From an uncultured Methanolobus sp. (GTDB lineage: Archaea > Halobacteriota > Methanosarcinia > Methanosarcinales > Methanosarcinaceae): a stretch of 64,000 nucleotides of DNA. Both the position numbers and the translations under genes were made by a program. The notes beneath the pieces are model-generated. The model did no database searches. It saw only the letters and a list, made by a program, of their open reading frames with translations, and had not been told where the DNA came from. Each line of letters begins with the position of its first letter. Positions within the stretch are counted from its first letter, which is position 1. Shown here piece after piece: positions 10,227 to 20,715 of the stretch. The DNA lies in the NCBI GenBank assembly GCA_963675495.1, contig OY776215.1, forward strand, positions 1,408,001-1,472,000, written 5' to 3'.

Positions 10227-12323
10227 ATGCATAAGACTCTCCAGAAGTACTTTGGATATTCTGATTTTCGTCCTCTTCAGGAAGACATAATTAACGATGT
10301 CCTCAATGACAAGGACACTTTTGTACTTATGCCGACAGGCGGAGGCAAGTCACTTTGTTACCAGCTTCCTGCTCTGCTCAAAGATGGCATTACAGTAGTT
10401 GTTTCACCCCTTATTTCCCTCATGAAGGATCAGGTCGACAGCCTCACGGAAAGCGGAGTAGATGCAGCATACCTTAACAGTACTCTGAAACCTGCAGAAT
10501 CCAGGAGAATATATGAGGAACTCAAAAGGGGAGAGATAAAGATACTGTATGTGGCACCTGAAAGGCTGACCATGTCGAGTACTATCACGCTTCTAAAGAG
10601 CCTGAATGTAAGTCTTTTTGCAATTGATGAAAGTCATTGTATCTCCGAATGGGGACATGATTTCAGGCCGGAATACCGCAAACTCAATTTTCTTAAGAAA
10701 AAGTTCCCCGAAGTACCCATCATTGCACTTACCGCAACAGCCACTCCTAAAGTGAGGGAAGATACAATAAATCAGCTTGGCATCAGCCACGGCAAAACAT
10801 ATGTTGCAAGTTTTGACCGTGCAAACCTTTTCTACCGGGTCAGAGCAAAGAAGGACACATATGATAATTTACTCAAATACCTGAGAAAGAAGAGAGGAGA
10901 AAGCGGTATAATCTACTGCCAGAGCCGAAAGACAGTTGACACCCTTACTAAAAAACTCAGGAAAGACGGATTCAATGCCCTCTCATACCATGCGGGACTT
11001 AAAGACAGCCAACGAGAAACGAATCAGGAGATGTTCATAAAGGACAGGGTCAACATCATCGTCGCCACCATTGCCTTTGGAATGGGAATCGACAAACCCA
11101 ATGTCCGTTTTGTTATTCACTATGATCTTCCAAAGAATCTCGAGAGCTATTATCAAGAAACCGGCCGAGGAGGCAGGGACGGACTTGAATGCGAATGTGT
11201 ACTTTTTTTCAGCCGGGGTGACAGGTTCAAGATCGAATATTTCATCAAACAGAAAGACAAGAAGGAAGAGAGAGACATTGCCCTTAAGCAACTCAGCGAA
11301 ATGGTGGATTACTGTGAAAGCAACATCTGCCGCAGAAAAGTGTTGCTCAAGTATTTCGGAGAAGAAACTATAGAAGACAATTGTGGGAAATGCGATGTAT
11401 GTCTGCAACCACGCATAGAGGTTGACGGAACAAATGATGCAAAGCTGCTTATAAATTGTATAAAGGAACTTGACCAGAGATTTGGCATGAACCATGTCAT
11501 TGATGTACTTACAGGTAGCAGGGCAAAAAAGATCACAGACAAGAAACACCAGCTTCTCAAGAATTTTGGTCAGGGCGATATGTATCCTAAAGCTGACTGG
11601 ATGGATATGGCCCGGGACATGGTACGTCAAGATGTCATCAAAGTGGAAGGTGCACGTTACCCACTTCTTAAACTTAACAGGAAGAGTGAGGAAGTCCTGT
11701 CCGGCAAAAGAATGGTGACCTTTACACGAAAAGTAGACGAAGAGGAGCAGGCCGATTATGAACCAGTGACACGGTCTCTTGAAAAAGAAGAAATATCTGA
11801 ACGGTCACCTTCTGTGTTACACAGGAAGGTAAGTAACGATCCTGACAAAGACCTTTTTGAGAAACTTAAAGAATTGCGCATATCCATGGCTCAAATGCAG
11901 GATGTGCCACCATATATCATATTTGCCGATACAAGTCTTCGCCAAATGGCCACTAAAAAACCTGAAAATAATGAAGAGCTGTTGAAGATCACAGGTGTCG
12001 GCGAGTATAAACTCAAGAAATACGGAAAGTTCTTCTTGAAAGAGATTGCAAAACACCGAGATGAATTGGAAGGAAATAAGCAGGCTGAACATGAACTGAA
12101 AATTTTGGAAAATGAAGTGCAAAAGAAAACCGTAAAACCTGTATCAACTGCACCTCCGGCAAGTTCAAAACCGAAACTTGAAAAGGAACTTCTGGTAAGG
12201 ACAATGAATGCCCTTGAAGAAGATGTTGTCAAAATGATAAAAGACAAATTAGGAGGCGTTTTTTCCGAGGAAGAAATAAGAAATATGTATCAATCCCTTA
12301 TAAAGGAAAATGATACAAACTAA
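10227..12323 (+). CDS. recQ: ATP-dependent DNA helicase RecQ
   Basis: MPTGGGKS, DESHCISEWGHDFRP, ATIAFGMGIDKP, QETGRGGRDG, RQC Zn motif, HRDC (VPPYIIFAD); alternative start 10200. Confidence 0.96.
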   Translation: MHKTLQKYFGYSDFRPLQEDIINDVLNDKDTFVLMPTGGGKSLCYQLPALLKDGITVVVSPLISLMKDQVDSLTESGVDAAYLNSTLKPAESRRIYEELKRGEIKILYVAPERLTMSSTITLLKSLNVSLFAIDESHCISEWGHDFRPEYRKLNFLKKKFPEVPIIALTATATPKVREDTINQLGISHGKTYVASFDRANLFYRVRAKKDTYDNLLKYLRKKRGESGIIYCQSRKTVDTLTKKLRKDGFNALSYHAGLKDSQRETNQEMFIKDRVNIIVATIAFGMGIDKPNVRFVIHYDLPKNLESYYQETGRGGRDGLECECVLFFSRGDRFKIEYFIKQKDKKEERDIALKQLSEMVDYCESNICRRKVLLKYFGEETIEDNCGKCDVCLQPRIEVDGTNDAKLLINCIKELDQRFGMNHVIDVLTGSRAKKITDKKHQLLKNFGQGDMYPKADWMDMARDMVRQDVIKVEGARYPLLKLNRKSEEVLSGKRMVTFTRKVDEEEQADYEPVTRSLEKEEISERSPSVLHRKVSNDPDKDLFEKLKELRISMAQMQDVPPYIIFADTSLRQMATKKPENNEELLKITGVGEYKLKKYGKFFLKEIAKHRDELEGNKQAEHELKILENEVQKKTVKPVSTAPPASSKPKLEKELLVRTMNALEEDVVKMIKDKLGGVFSEEEIRNMYQSLIKENDTN

Positions 12324-12336
12324 CGTACAAGTCCAA

Positions 12337-12465
12337 TTATTCGCAGGTATCCAACAAATGTCTTTTTGGGCGAACCCTGGAATCACCTGGGTGAATTGGA
12401 CCAACTTTAGCCACTTTTACATCATCCTTTTTCTGCTTTTTCTCTTCAGGGGTTTTTTCTTCTAT
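12337..12465 (-). CDS. putative 42-aa small protein, probable ATA start (in-frame GTG 12474 and TTG 12480 also possible)
   Basis: GGAGGTG SD, TATA-like TTTTAATA upstream, purine-rich open frame IEEKTPEEKKQKKDDVKVAKVGPIHPGDSRVRPKRHLLDTCE*. Confidence 0.5.
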   Translation of the reverse strand: MEEKTPEEKKQKKDDVKVAKVGPIHPGDSRVRPKRHLLDTCE

Positions 12466-12532
12466 ATAACCCACCTCCAATTATAGATTAGATTTTGGAA
12501 TATTAAAAGTTAATTAAAACAAAAAAGACAGT

Positions 12533-13291
12533 TCACATCATCATGAACTGCATTGTAAGATAAAATATAAGGTCCCCAAAAACCACTGCAGTTATAAAAC
12601 CTGCAGTTATAGGAATCATGAATGGGAGCCCGGGGGTTATCCACACACCCTCCTTTACTTTGCCTTCCTTACGGTAACTTTTCAGTTCAGATATAACATC
12701 AGAACTAAGTTCAGTACCTGATCTGGAAAATTTGAATTCAATACCATCCTTTGTCTTGCCATATGACTCGATCATACGGAAGTGTCCTTTTTCCAGCTTC
12801 GATATAGGCATGATGTAACCGATGAACATATAGAAAGGGCGCTTCAGTGATTCTGATGGATTTTTAATCAGGTTGTACAGGAAAAGCCCTATTGGAACTA
12901 TTATTGTGAGTATTATAGAGTTGCCAAATACACTAAATGCAAACAAATTGATAAGCGGAATCCCATCAAGCGGAAGTGAAGTCGAACCTATCGTAATTAC
13001 CGGGAACGTAGGGATTATCAGCGAAATTACCATCAACACCTTTGCATCCGCCCCGCCAAAAGCACCAAACTGGAAAAGCATGTATACAAAAGCAAAGATG
13101 AATATGAAAGAAAGGATGTTGCGTATAAGGTATGGAAGACCATATGTCATGAGATCATACATTATGAAGATGAATCCAACACCGAACATCATGACCCATA
13201 CTTCATTGGCTACACGGCGGGTTTTGATATCAGCGTAACAGGCATACAGTAAAAAAGGCATGCATGCAAGAACTTTGAGTATTTCCATCAT
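12533..13291 (-). CDS. A24 family prepilin/preflagellin peptidase (FlaK/PibD-like)
   Basis: YADIKTRRV, FGGADAK aspartate motifs; C-terminal VWITPGLPFMIPI. Confidence 0.88.
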   Translation of the reverse strand: MMEILKVLACMPFLLYACYADIKTRRVANEVWVMMFGVGFIFIMYDLMTYGLPYLIRNILSFIFIFAFVYMLFQFGAFGGADAKVLMVISLIIPTFPVITIGSTSLPLDGIPLINLFAFSVFGNSIILTIIVPIGLFLYNLIKNPSESLKRPFYMFIGYIMPISKLEKGHFRMIESYGKTKDGIEFKFSRSGTELSSDVISELKSYRKEGKVKEGVWITPGLPFMIPITAGFITAVVFGDLIFYLTMQFMMM

Positions 13292-13292
13292 T

Positions 13293-14573
13293 TCAGTATT
13301 TCTCCCATTTCTTAAGTTTCATGACCTCTGACAGGGTCGAACCCCTGCGAATCTCCTCAGAAAGACGTTGTTCAGTTTTCTCGACTTCTTTTGCACGCCT
13401 GGCAATCTCATAAGCACGTTCCTTTGGAATTACCACTACGCCGTTATCATCTCCAATGATATAATCGCCAGGACTGACGGACTGGTTACCACAGACTATC
13501 TCAGAATTTATCTCACCAAATCCTTTTGGCTCACCTGCATTGGGAACGTTGCTGCTTGCAAAGACAGGCAGCCCTATTTTACGGATCTCATCTATATCCC
13601 TCACCGCCCCATCAACGACGACACCAGCTATGCCTTTGTTAAGACAGCTCAGGGTTGCCAGGCCACCCCAGGGCGCAATATTCCTGCTGCCATTGTAAAT
13701 GACAATTACATCCCCTTTTTTTGCCTCATCTATAGCCTCAACTGCCTTGGCCCAGTCACCTTTAAAAGTCTGTACTGTTACCGCAGTACCTATCATTTTT
13801 TTTCCGGGCAACATAGGAAATATATCCTGCATGGCTCCTTTGCGGTGCATGGCATCGGAAATGTTTGGAGTAGAAACACCTTCCAGTATCTTTCGAATCT
13901 CCTCTTCCGGAGAGCTTTTCAATATTGGTGCTGCAGAAGGAGAATCCACACTTTGCCGGATAGCCTTTGCTGAAGCGATCACATTAGATGAACGGACAAT
14001 GTTCCCGCCAACTATCACAATGTTCGCACCAGCAACAACGGCTTCAGAGCACGATGATGCATCAAGACCACCTGCTACTGCAACGGGGATACTCACCTGT
14101 TCCACGACTTCTTTCATTATAGCAAGTGAATCCTGACCTTTCATCTGCTGGTCTATGCCAGCATGCACATTAATGTAATCAACACCCATTTTTTCCATTT
14201 CGATGCTGCGGGAAACAGGGTCATTAGCAGATATCAGGTCTGCCATTATCTTAGCACCATACTTCTTTGCGGCACGTATCGCTTCCTGGATTGTAGAATC
14301 ATCAGCGCTTGCAAGCACAACCACAATATCAGCACCCGCTTTAGCACCCATTTCAACTTCCATTGAACCGGTATCTGCTATTTTCATATCTGCGATGATT
14401 GTCCTGTCGGGAAAGTGTTTCCTGAGCTCCCTTATGGCATCCATTCCCTCGCTTTTTATGAGAGGGGTCCCGACCTCTATCCAGTCAGCACCTCCCTCAA
14501 GGGATTCTTTTGCTATCTGTATTGCTCTGTCCGTTTCTAAAAGGTCAAGAGCGACCTGAATGATTGGTTTGAT
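13293..14573 (-). CDS. bifunctional 3-hexulose-6-phosphate synthase / RraA-like protein, probable ATC start
   Basis: HPS barrel ([34 protein letters not shown]) plus RraA domain ([32 protein letters not shown]); frame extends 43 codons upstream of ATG 14444. Confidence 0.88.
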   Translation of the reverse strand: MKPIIQVALDLLETDRAIQIAKESLEGGADWIEVGTPLIKSEGMDAIRELRKHFPDRTIIADMKIADTGSMEVEMGAKAGADIVVVLASADDSTIQEAIRAAKKYGAKIMADLISANDPVSRSIEMEKMGVDYINVHAGIDQQMKGQDSLAIMKEVVEQVSIPVAVAGGLDASSCSEAVVAGANIVIVGGNIVRSSNVIASAKAIRQSVDSPSAAPILKSSPEEEIRKILEGVSTPNISDAMHRKGAMQDIFPMLPGKKMIGTAVTVQTFKGDWAKAVEAIDEAKKGDVIVIYNGSRNIAPWGGLATLSCLNKGIAGVVVDGAVRDIDEIRKIGLPVFASSNVPNAGEPKGFGEINSEIVCGNQSVSPGDYIIGDDNGVVVIPKERAYEIARRAKEVEKTEQRLSEEIRRGSTLSEVMKLKKWEKY

Positions 14574-14670
14574 ATGATCACCTTTGGAAATACTTACACT
14601 ACCAAAATACTTGAAAACCTATAAATTTAATCACGCAAAAATGGTATATTGTGAAATAATAGGGGGAAAA

Positions 14671-15111
14671 ATGACTGAAAACGAAGAAATATCAGATAAG
14701 GAACGACAAAAATTACTGAACAGACTTCACAAATGTCTTTTTTGGGTAGGAGAAAAGATACCAAACAAAGTATGCATCGAAGGAAAAGATGTAAATCTTC
14801 ATGAAGTTGTCTGGGAAATCGTTAATAAAGCCAAACTGGAAGAGGCTGACCTGGAAAATATAGAGAGCTTTCTGGATCTCTTAAGTGACAAAGAAAAAGA
14901 ATACGAGAACTGTCTTGAACATGAGCGTCTGAGCCGTGATGAGGCTAAAGAACTCTTTGACCGGGCTGCAGGCGTTATGCGAGCTATTATGGACCTCAAG
15001 GAACTGACAATCTCCTCCAAGAGAAAAGTCATTTTCAAAAACAGGCACATATGCAACGATGTGAATACAGATGATTGGAATTCATTGACAGAAGATATAA
15101 TAGAAAAATGA
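14671..15111 (+). CDS. conserved archaeal hypothetical protein (DUF5788-like)
   Basis: ERQKLLNRL...WVGEKIP...G..V.L...; start at ATG 14671 after GGGGG SD. Confidence 0.7.
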   Translation: MTENEEISDKERQKLLNRLHKCLFWVGEKIPNKVCIEGKDVNLHEVVWEIVNKAKLEEADLENIESFLDLLSDKEKEYENCLEHERLSRDEAKELFDRAAGVMRAIMDLKELTISSKRKVIFKNRHICNDVNTDDWNSLTEDIIEK

Positions 15112-15162
15112 ATGCTGGATATCAGGCAACTATTATATCCCATGTAATGCCTTTAGTAGTCA

Positions 15163-16089
15163 ATGAAATTCAAGGAACAACATATCATTTCCATGAGGGA
15201 ATTCTCAAGGGAAATGATCGATCATATCCTCAATGCCGCTGAAAAGATGGAGCCCATTGCGCATGGGAAACAGAAATCAGATCTTCTTGCCGGAAAAGTT
15301 CTTGCAGTCCTCTTTTTTGAACCTAGTACAAGGACGAGAATGTCCTTTGAAACTGCAATGCTAAGACTGGGCGGAGACGTGCTTAATTTGGGCTCCGTGG
15401 ATGCAAGTTCCATAGCTAAGGGAGAAACACTTGCAGACACCGTGAGAGTTGTTGATGGATACGTCGATGCTATTGTGTTGCGTCACCCAAAAGAAGGGGC
15501 AGCGCAACTGGCATCTGAGTTTTCAAGAGTACCCATTCTTAATGCAGGAGACGGTGCAGGACATCATCCAACACAAACATTGCTTGACCTTTATACCATT
15601 AAACGTGAAAGTCACCTTGAAGGAATAAAAATTGCACTTGCAGGTGACCTGAAATATGGAAGGACAGTTCACTCCCTATGCTATGCGCTATCCCATTACG
15701 GTGCCAATATAACATTGATATCACCAAAAGAACTGAGTATGCCAGAAGAGATAATCAGTGACATCATAGCTCGAGGTGCAAAGATCGTTGAAACGGATTC
15801 CATTGAGGATGCCATCAATGATGTTGATGTGCTTTATATGACACGTATTCAGAAGGAAAGATTCCCGGACCCGGCTGAGTACCAGAAGGTTGCCAACAGA
15901 CTGAAAATCACAATGGAAACATTGAAAGATGTGAAACCGGAATTGAAGATCATGCATCCTCTTCCAAGAGTTAATGAGATAGACACCGGAATTGACGATA
16001 CACCTCACGCTTGTTACTTTAAACAGGCATTCTACGGAGTGCCTGTAAGAATGGCACTTTTAGGACTGGCACTGGGGGCAATAGAATGA
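15163..16089 (+). CDS. pyrB: aspartate carbamoyltransferase catalytic subunit
   Basis: [42 protein letters not shown]. Confidence 0.97.
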   Translation: MKFKEQHIISMREFSREMIDHILNAAEKMEPIAHGKQKSDLLAGKVLAVLFFEPSTRTRMSFETAMLRLGGDVLNLGSVDASSIAKGETLADTVRVVDGYVDAIVLRHPKEGAAQLASEFSRVPILNAGDGAGHHPTQTLLDLYTIKRESHLEGIKIALAGDLKYGRTVHSLCYALSHYGANITLISPKELSMPEEIISDIIARGAKIVETDSIEDAINDVDVLYMTRIQKERFPDPAEYQKVANRLKITMETLKDVKPELKIMHPLPRVNEIDTGIDDTPHACYFKQAFYGVPVRMALLGLALGAIE

Positions 16090-16556
16090 CTGAAATCGAA
16101 ACAGAACTGAGAGTACGCAGGATAGAGAATGGGACTGTAATAGACCATATAACTGCAGGTAAAGCCTTAATTGTGCTTAAAATACTCGGTCTTCCGGATT
16201 CATCTCAGGGAGTTGTGAGTGTCCTGATAAATTCCCATGGAATATACGGAAAAAAAGATGTTGTAAAGATAGAGAACCGTGAACTTAAGGCTGAAGAGGT
16301 CGACAGGATAGCTCTTATTGCACCCAATGCAACGATCAACATCATACGTAATTTCAATGTAACACGTAAGAACAAGGTGCATATCCCCTCTTTTGTAGAA
16401 GGTGTTGTGGGATGTATAAACCCTAATTGTATTTCAAACAGCAACGAACCAATCACGTCTAAATTCAAAGTAGCTAATGAAGACACAGGCCTGAAACTCA
16501 GATGCTTTTATTGTGGCAGAGTGATATCAGAGAATATTGCAGAGAATCTACTCTAA
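16086..16556 (+). CDS. pyrI: aspartate carbamoyltransferase regulatory subunit
   Basis: [29 protein letters not shown]. Confidence 0.96.
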   Translation: MTEIETELRVRRIENGTVIDHITAGKALIVLKILGLPDSSQGVVSVLINSHGIYGKKDVVKIENRELKAEEVDRIALIAPNATINIIRNFNVTRKNKVHIPSFVEGVVGCINPNCISNSNEPITSKFKVANEDTGLKLRCFYCGRVISENIAENLL

Positions 16557-16564
16557 GACAAGTT

Positions 16565-16631
16565 AAAAAATAAAAAGAAGAAACGTTTGGAGGTAGTAAC
16601 CATGGCATTAAAATACACACGTTACATTTCC
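16565..16631 (-). ncRNA. candidate small RNA with anti-Shine-Dalgarno loop
   Basis: TATA-like TTATATAT at 16655-16648; terminal stem GAAAUGU/ACGUUUC; internal ACCUCC; U-rich tail. Confidence 0.35.
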
Positions 16632-16759
16632 AATTATATATTTACACATATATAATATGGTTGGCCATTGTTCATGACCTATTGTTTGGTTTTGTGTGCA
16701 CAGAAAAAGATAAATGTGCCATAAATGAACATGAACAAATCAAAAAAAAGGTTTTGCCA

Positions 16760-17551
16760 TTAAAGGCCAAGAATATCCCGCATAGTATAAAGCCCGGGTT
16801 CAGCATTGCCGATCCATGCAGCTGCTTTTACTGCACCACCTGCAAATGACTGCCTTGAATGAGCTTGGTGTTTTATCTCAATTCTTTCACCGTCACCGGC
16901 AAAGAGAACTGTGTGGTCTCCTGCAATATCCCCACCACGAACAGCATGTATACCTATTTCTTTTCCGCGGGGAGCAAGGCCTTCACGACCATAGACATAG
17001 TCCTTGCCACCCAGAGCTTCACTGATAACTTCAGCAGCGCCTTTTGCAGTACCACTTGGAGCATCTTTCTTCTGGTTGTGGTGGGCTTCTATGATCTCAA
17101 TGTCCGTATCAGGAAGATATTTTGCAGCTTCACTGAGGATCCTGAAAAATACGTTTACACCAACTGAGTAATTAGGTGAGATTATTCCTGCAACATTATT
17201 TTCTACAATTGAATCTTCAATTATTTTTTTCTGTTCAGGGGTAAAACCGGTCGTACCTATGACAAGGCTTACACCGGATGCTGCCGCCCTTGGGGCATTG
17301 ACAACTGTAGCATTTGCAATTGTAAAATCAATAAGTACCTTTGTACCGGTTTCCTTTAGAACGGATTCCATGTCACTTACATCAGATATCGGTACACTCA
17401 AAGTTCCAATCTGGGCTACCTCACCAACATCCTTACCAATGTTCATAAGGTCAAATGCGGCTGTTAAGCAGAGATCTTCAGACCTGAGTATATTGTCAAT
17501 GATGAGCCTACCCATCCGTCCTGAAGCACCTGTGACTCCAACATTTATCAT
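16760..17551 (-). CDS. dapB: 4-hydroxy-tetrahydrodipicolinate reductase
   Basis: GASGRMG, IDFT, IGTTG, EAHHNQKKDAPSGTA, HAVRGG, FAGGA. Confidence 0.96.
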   Translation of the reverse strand: MINVGVTGASGRMGRLIIDNILRSEDLCLTAAFDLMNIGKDVGEVAQIGTLSVPISDVSDMESVLKETGTKVLIDFTIANATVVNAPRAAASGVSLVIGTTGFTPEQKKIIEDSIVENNVAGIISPNYSVGVNVFFRILSEAAKYLPDTDIEIIEAHHNQKKDAPSGTAKGAAEVISEALGGKDYVYGREGLAPRGKEIGIHAVRGGDIAGDHTVLFAGDGERIEIKHQAHSRQSFAGGAVKAAAWIGNAEPGLYTMRDILGL

Positions 17552-18423
17552 GCAATACACCCCATGCTGCGGAGAACATTTTCAAGTTCAACACTGTTCT
17601 CTTCACTAAGAGGTGCAAGAGGAAGCCTCATTGTCCCGCTTGACAGACCGAGAAGTTCTACGGCACGCTTCACAGGAATTGGATTAGTCTCCGTGAATAA
17701 TTCACGGATCAAGGGTGCCATCTCAAAGTGAAACTTTCTCGCTGTTTCAAGATCACCGGCGTTTACTGCATCGTAAAGCTTGACCATCATTTCAGGAACG
17801 ATGTTGGCAACAACAGATATTACACCTGCTCCGCCCATTGCAAGTATTGGGAATGTGAGCCCGTCCTCTCCTGAGAGAACGACAAAATCCTCATCCACTG
17901 TCTGTTCAAGTATCTGAGATACTTTTACAAGATCGCCACTTGCCTCTTTTACAGCAACGATGTTATCTACTTTTGAAAGCTCGATAATGACTTCCAAAGG
18001 CATGTCCTGTCCTGTCCTGGAAGGTACGTTATATAATACAATAGGGAGATCTGCAGATTCCGCTATTTTCTTAAAATGAGCTATAAGCCCTGCATTATTA
18101 GGCTTAACGTAATATGGGGATATGATAAGAGCGCCATCAGCTCCTGCATCCGCCGCGTGTTTAGTGAGTTCGACTGCTTCAAGGGTGTTGTTAGAACCGG
18201 TACCTGCCATGACAGGAACCTTTGAACAATCAACACAAAGATTGATCAGTTCTTTATGCTCCCCGGTTGACAGGGTAGCAGATTCTCCAGTCGTGCCGCT
18301 GACAACAACTCCGGAAACGCCGCCTTCTTCAACATGATTGACAATATTTCTGAAACTTTCCGCATCAATGTTATTGTCATTTGTGAATGGCGTTACAAGA
18401 GCAGGCAAAACTCCTTCGAACAT
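17548..18423 (-). CDS. dapA: 4-hydroxy-tetrahydrodipicolinate synthase
   Basis: ALVTPF, GTTGES, AGTGSNNT, LYNVPSRTG, VKEASG, TNPIPVK. Confidence 0.96.
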   Translation of the reverse strand: MFEGVLPALVTPFTNDNNIDAESFRNIVNHVEEGGVSGVVVSGTTGESATLSTGEHKELINLCVDCSKVPVMAGTGSNNTLEAVELTKHAADAGADGALIISPYYVKPNNAGLIAHFKKIAESADLPIVLYNVPSRTGQDMPLEVIIELSKVDNIVAVKEASGDLVKVSQILEQTVDEDFVVLSGEDGLTFPILAMGGAGVISVVANIVPEMMVKLYDAVNAGDLETARKFHFEMAPLIRELFTETNPIPVKRAVELLGLSSGTMRLPLAPLSEENSVELENVLRSMGCIA

Positions 18424-18447
18424 GGGAATATCCCTTCACCAGAAACG

Positions 18448-18642
18448 TTACTGTGGTGGCTTGTATGTCATCTTTCTTGTCACATATCCAGCTACACGGT
18501 TTCTGATAACCTTGCTCTCGATGGTTGTGTACTTTGTAACAAGGAGCTTGTTCTGATCGAAGTCTGTTGTAAACACATCACTATGGTTTGTAGCTAAGCG
18601 AATTGCAATTCTCTTAATGTTAGTCTGTCTAATATTTCCCAT
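18448..18642 (-). CDS. rps17e: 30S ribosomal protein S17e
   Basis: [11 protein letters not shown]...FTTDFDQNK...[13 protein letters not shown]. Confidence 0.96.
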   Translation of the reverse strand: MGNIRQTNIKRIAIRLATNHSDVFTTDFDQNKLLVTKYTTIESKVIRNRVAGYVTRKMTYKPPQ

Positions 18643-18772
18643 GATAATTCTCCATTATTAATATGAAATCCTATTTAAGATGAAACTCTATAATAGTAAC
18701 TTGTATCGGGTTATAATAAATACCCTTACATTTATACCTTTTGGATTACTGGAACTGCACCAGAGGACTTTA

Positions 18773-19060
18773 TTATATATCTGTCTTTCCCAGAAGGCGA
18801 TCAATTGCCTTTGCTTCTTTGAAAACTGGCTCCCTTGAACCTTTTTGATTGAAGAAAAGGGCAATGAGCACTACCAAAAGTCCAAGGTTTGGATTATAAA
18901 AAGATAACAGTACGCCAAGCATAACGAGAGCTGATGCAAATATACCTTTCATAGCACCCTTACGATAAGAGTCAAGCCGGGTTCTTTTATATATGCGAAC
19001 ATCCCGCAAAGTAAGGAAGAGAACAACGACATAAGCCAGAATTGCTATATATGTATACAT
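18773..19060 (-). CDS. small hypothetical membrane protein
   Basis: Three hydrophobic segments; LRDVRIYKRT...YRKGA; start at ATG 19060. Confidence 0.7.
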   Translation of the reverse strand: MYTYIAILAYVVVLFLTLRDVRIYKRTRLDSYRKGAMKGIFASALVMLGVLLSFYNPNLGLLVVLIALFFNQKGSREPVFKEAKAIDRLLGKTDI

Positions 19061-19181
19061 GTTTGCACCCAATATCTGTTCAAGGTCTTTGATATTATAT
19101 CAGGATTCCGTAGGAGATGAATTTTGAAGAAAGGAAACAGATGCATAATTTAATTAAATCCATGAATATAATAGGTGTTGA

Positions 19182-20270
19182 ATGAAAAACTCATCCCGGG
19201 AACGAATAACACTGCATCTGGACATGGATAGTTTTTTCTCATCCGTGGAAGTCAGAGAAAGACCCGAACTTAGAGGCTTGCCGGTAGTTGTGGGTTCTGA
19301 CCCAAAAGGCGGCAGTGGCAGAGGAGTTGTAAGCACATGCTCCTACGAGGCAAGGGAATTTGGCATACATTCCGGAATGCCCATATCAAAAGCATACAGA
19401 CTATGCCCTGATGCTGTTTACCTCAAGGTGAATATGAAGCTTTACAAGGATGCTTCGGAAAACATCATGGACACCATACGTATTTTCGCAGACAGGTTCC
19501 AGCAGGTAAGTGTGGATGAGGCTTACATCGACATTGGAGATTCGATAAATGATTATGAGTCTGCAATACTGCTTGCAGAAAAGATAAAAAGCGAGGTCAA
19601 TCGCTTGCAGGGACTTACATGCTCCATCGGGGTCGCACCCAACAAGGTCATTGCGAAAATAGCATCTGATTTCAATAAACCCGACGGACTTACCATTGTG
19701 AGACCTGAGGATGTGCAAAATTTCCTGTTCCCCCTGAACATATCTAAAATACCGGGAATTGGAAAGAAGACACAGCCCATACTTCAGGAAATGGGGATCG
19801 AGAAAGTGGGACAACTTGCAACATGCGATGTCCAGCTTTTGATAGCAAAATTCGGAAAGTTTGGGGTTCTGATGCATCAACTTGCAAATGGCATAGATAT
19901 GCGCGAAGTGAAAGAACGCGACGTAGTAAAATCAATAAGTACCGAGGATACTTTTGACGAAGACATATATGACCCTCTGGAAATTAAGAGATCCTTTAGC
20001 GAGCTTTCAGAGAAGGTGCATGCATCACTTATCAAAAAACATTTTAGGTTTAGGACAGTGACAATTAAAGTACGATTTGAAGATTTCAGGACATATACAA
20101 GGGCAAAGACATTGAATGCGGCCACTACGGATAAAGATGCTATCAGAAAAACAGCCCTTAGCCTTATGGAAGAGTTCCTTGGAAAAGGAAGATTCAGGCT
20201 GCTTGGCGTGGGAGTCACAAAACTTGAAAAACTTGATGAGAGACAGACATTTCTGAGTGATTTTCTGTAA
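19182..20270 (+). CDS. dinB: DNA polymerase IV (Y-family)
   Basis: HLDMDSFF, STCSYEAR, SVDEAY, AKIASDFNKPDG, IPGIGKKT; C-terminal PIP-like QTFLSDF. Confidence 0.95.
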   Translation: MKNSSRERITLHLDMDSFFSSVEVRERPELRGLPVVVGSDPKGGSGRGVVSTCSYEAREFGIHSGMPISKAYRLCPDAVYLKVNMKLYKDASENIMDTIRIFADRFQQVSVDEAYIDIGDSINDYESAILLAEKIKSEVNRLQGLTCSIGVAPNKVIAKIASDFNKPDGLTIVRPEDVQNFLFPLNISKIPGIGKKTQPILQEMGIEKVGQLATCDVQLLIAKFGKFGVLMHQLANGIDMREVKERDVVKSISTEDTFDEDIYDPLEIKRSFSELSEKVHASLIKKHFRFRTVTIKVRFEDFRTYTRAKTLNAATTDKDAIRKTALSLMEEFLGKGRFRLLGVGVTKLEKLDERQTFLSDFL

Positions 20271-20413
20271 TATCTTTTTTTGACCAGTCTCGGCAGATAT
20301 AAGTAATCAGGCCGCTCATGAATAAATGGGAGTAGATTCAGACGTTTGAATAGTAAATATTCGAAGAACTGGCCAATCCACAGTTAAAGAAGTGATGAAA
20401 AGGGAGTGGAATA

Positions 20414-20698
20414 TTGATATCAAAAGTACCCATAGACATTGGAAAAATGAAGAAGGAAGACATTAACAAAGAAATACTCAGAGCCGCACTGATAGCTGAA
20501 TTAGATGCAATCAACCTTTACGAGCAGATGGCAGATATGACCGAGAACGACGAAGTAAGAAGAGTTCTGCTTGATGTTGCAAAGGAAGAAAAGACCCACA
20601 TCGGCGAGTTCCAGACACTCCTGCTAAGGATGGACGAGGAGCAGGTCGAGGAACTTGAAGCCGGCAGAGAAGAAGTAGATGAAGAGTTGCACAAATAA
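20414..20698 (+). CDS. encapsulated-ferritin-like (Flp/EncFtn-type) protein
   Basis: EILRAALIAELDAINLYEQMA...LLDVAKEEKTHIGEF; TTG start after GGAGTGG. Confidence 0.85.
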   Translation: MISKVPIDIGKMKKEDINKEILRAALIAELDAINLYEQMADMTENDEVRRVLLDVAKEEKTHIGEFQTLLLRMDEEQVEELEAGREEVDEELHK

Positions 20699-20715
20699 CT
20701 CATGGAGATGATAGT

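Noticed and set aside
16602-16655. Plus-strand 17-codon ORF MALKYTRYISNYIFTHI after GGAGGT
   Set aside because: AT-rich, non-coding-like tail; stem wobble, TATA box and U-tract favour a minus-strand RNA, though the ORF is not excluded
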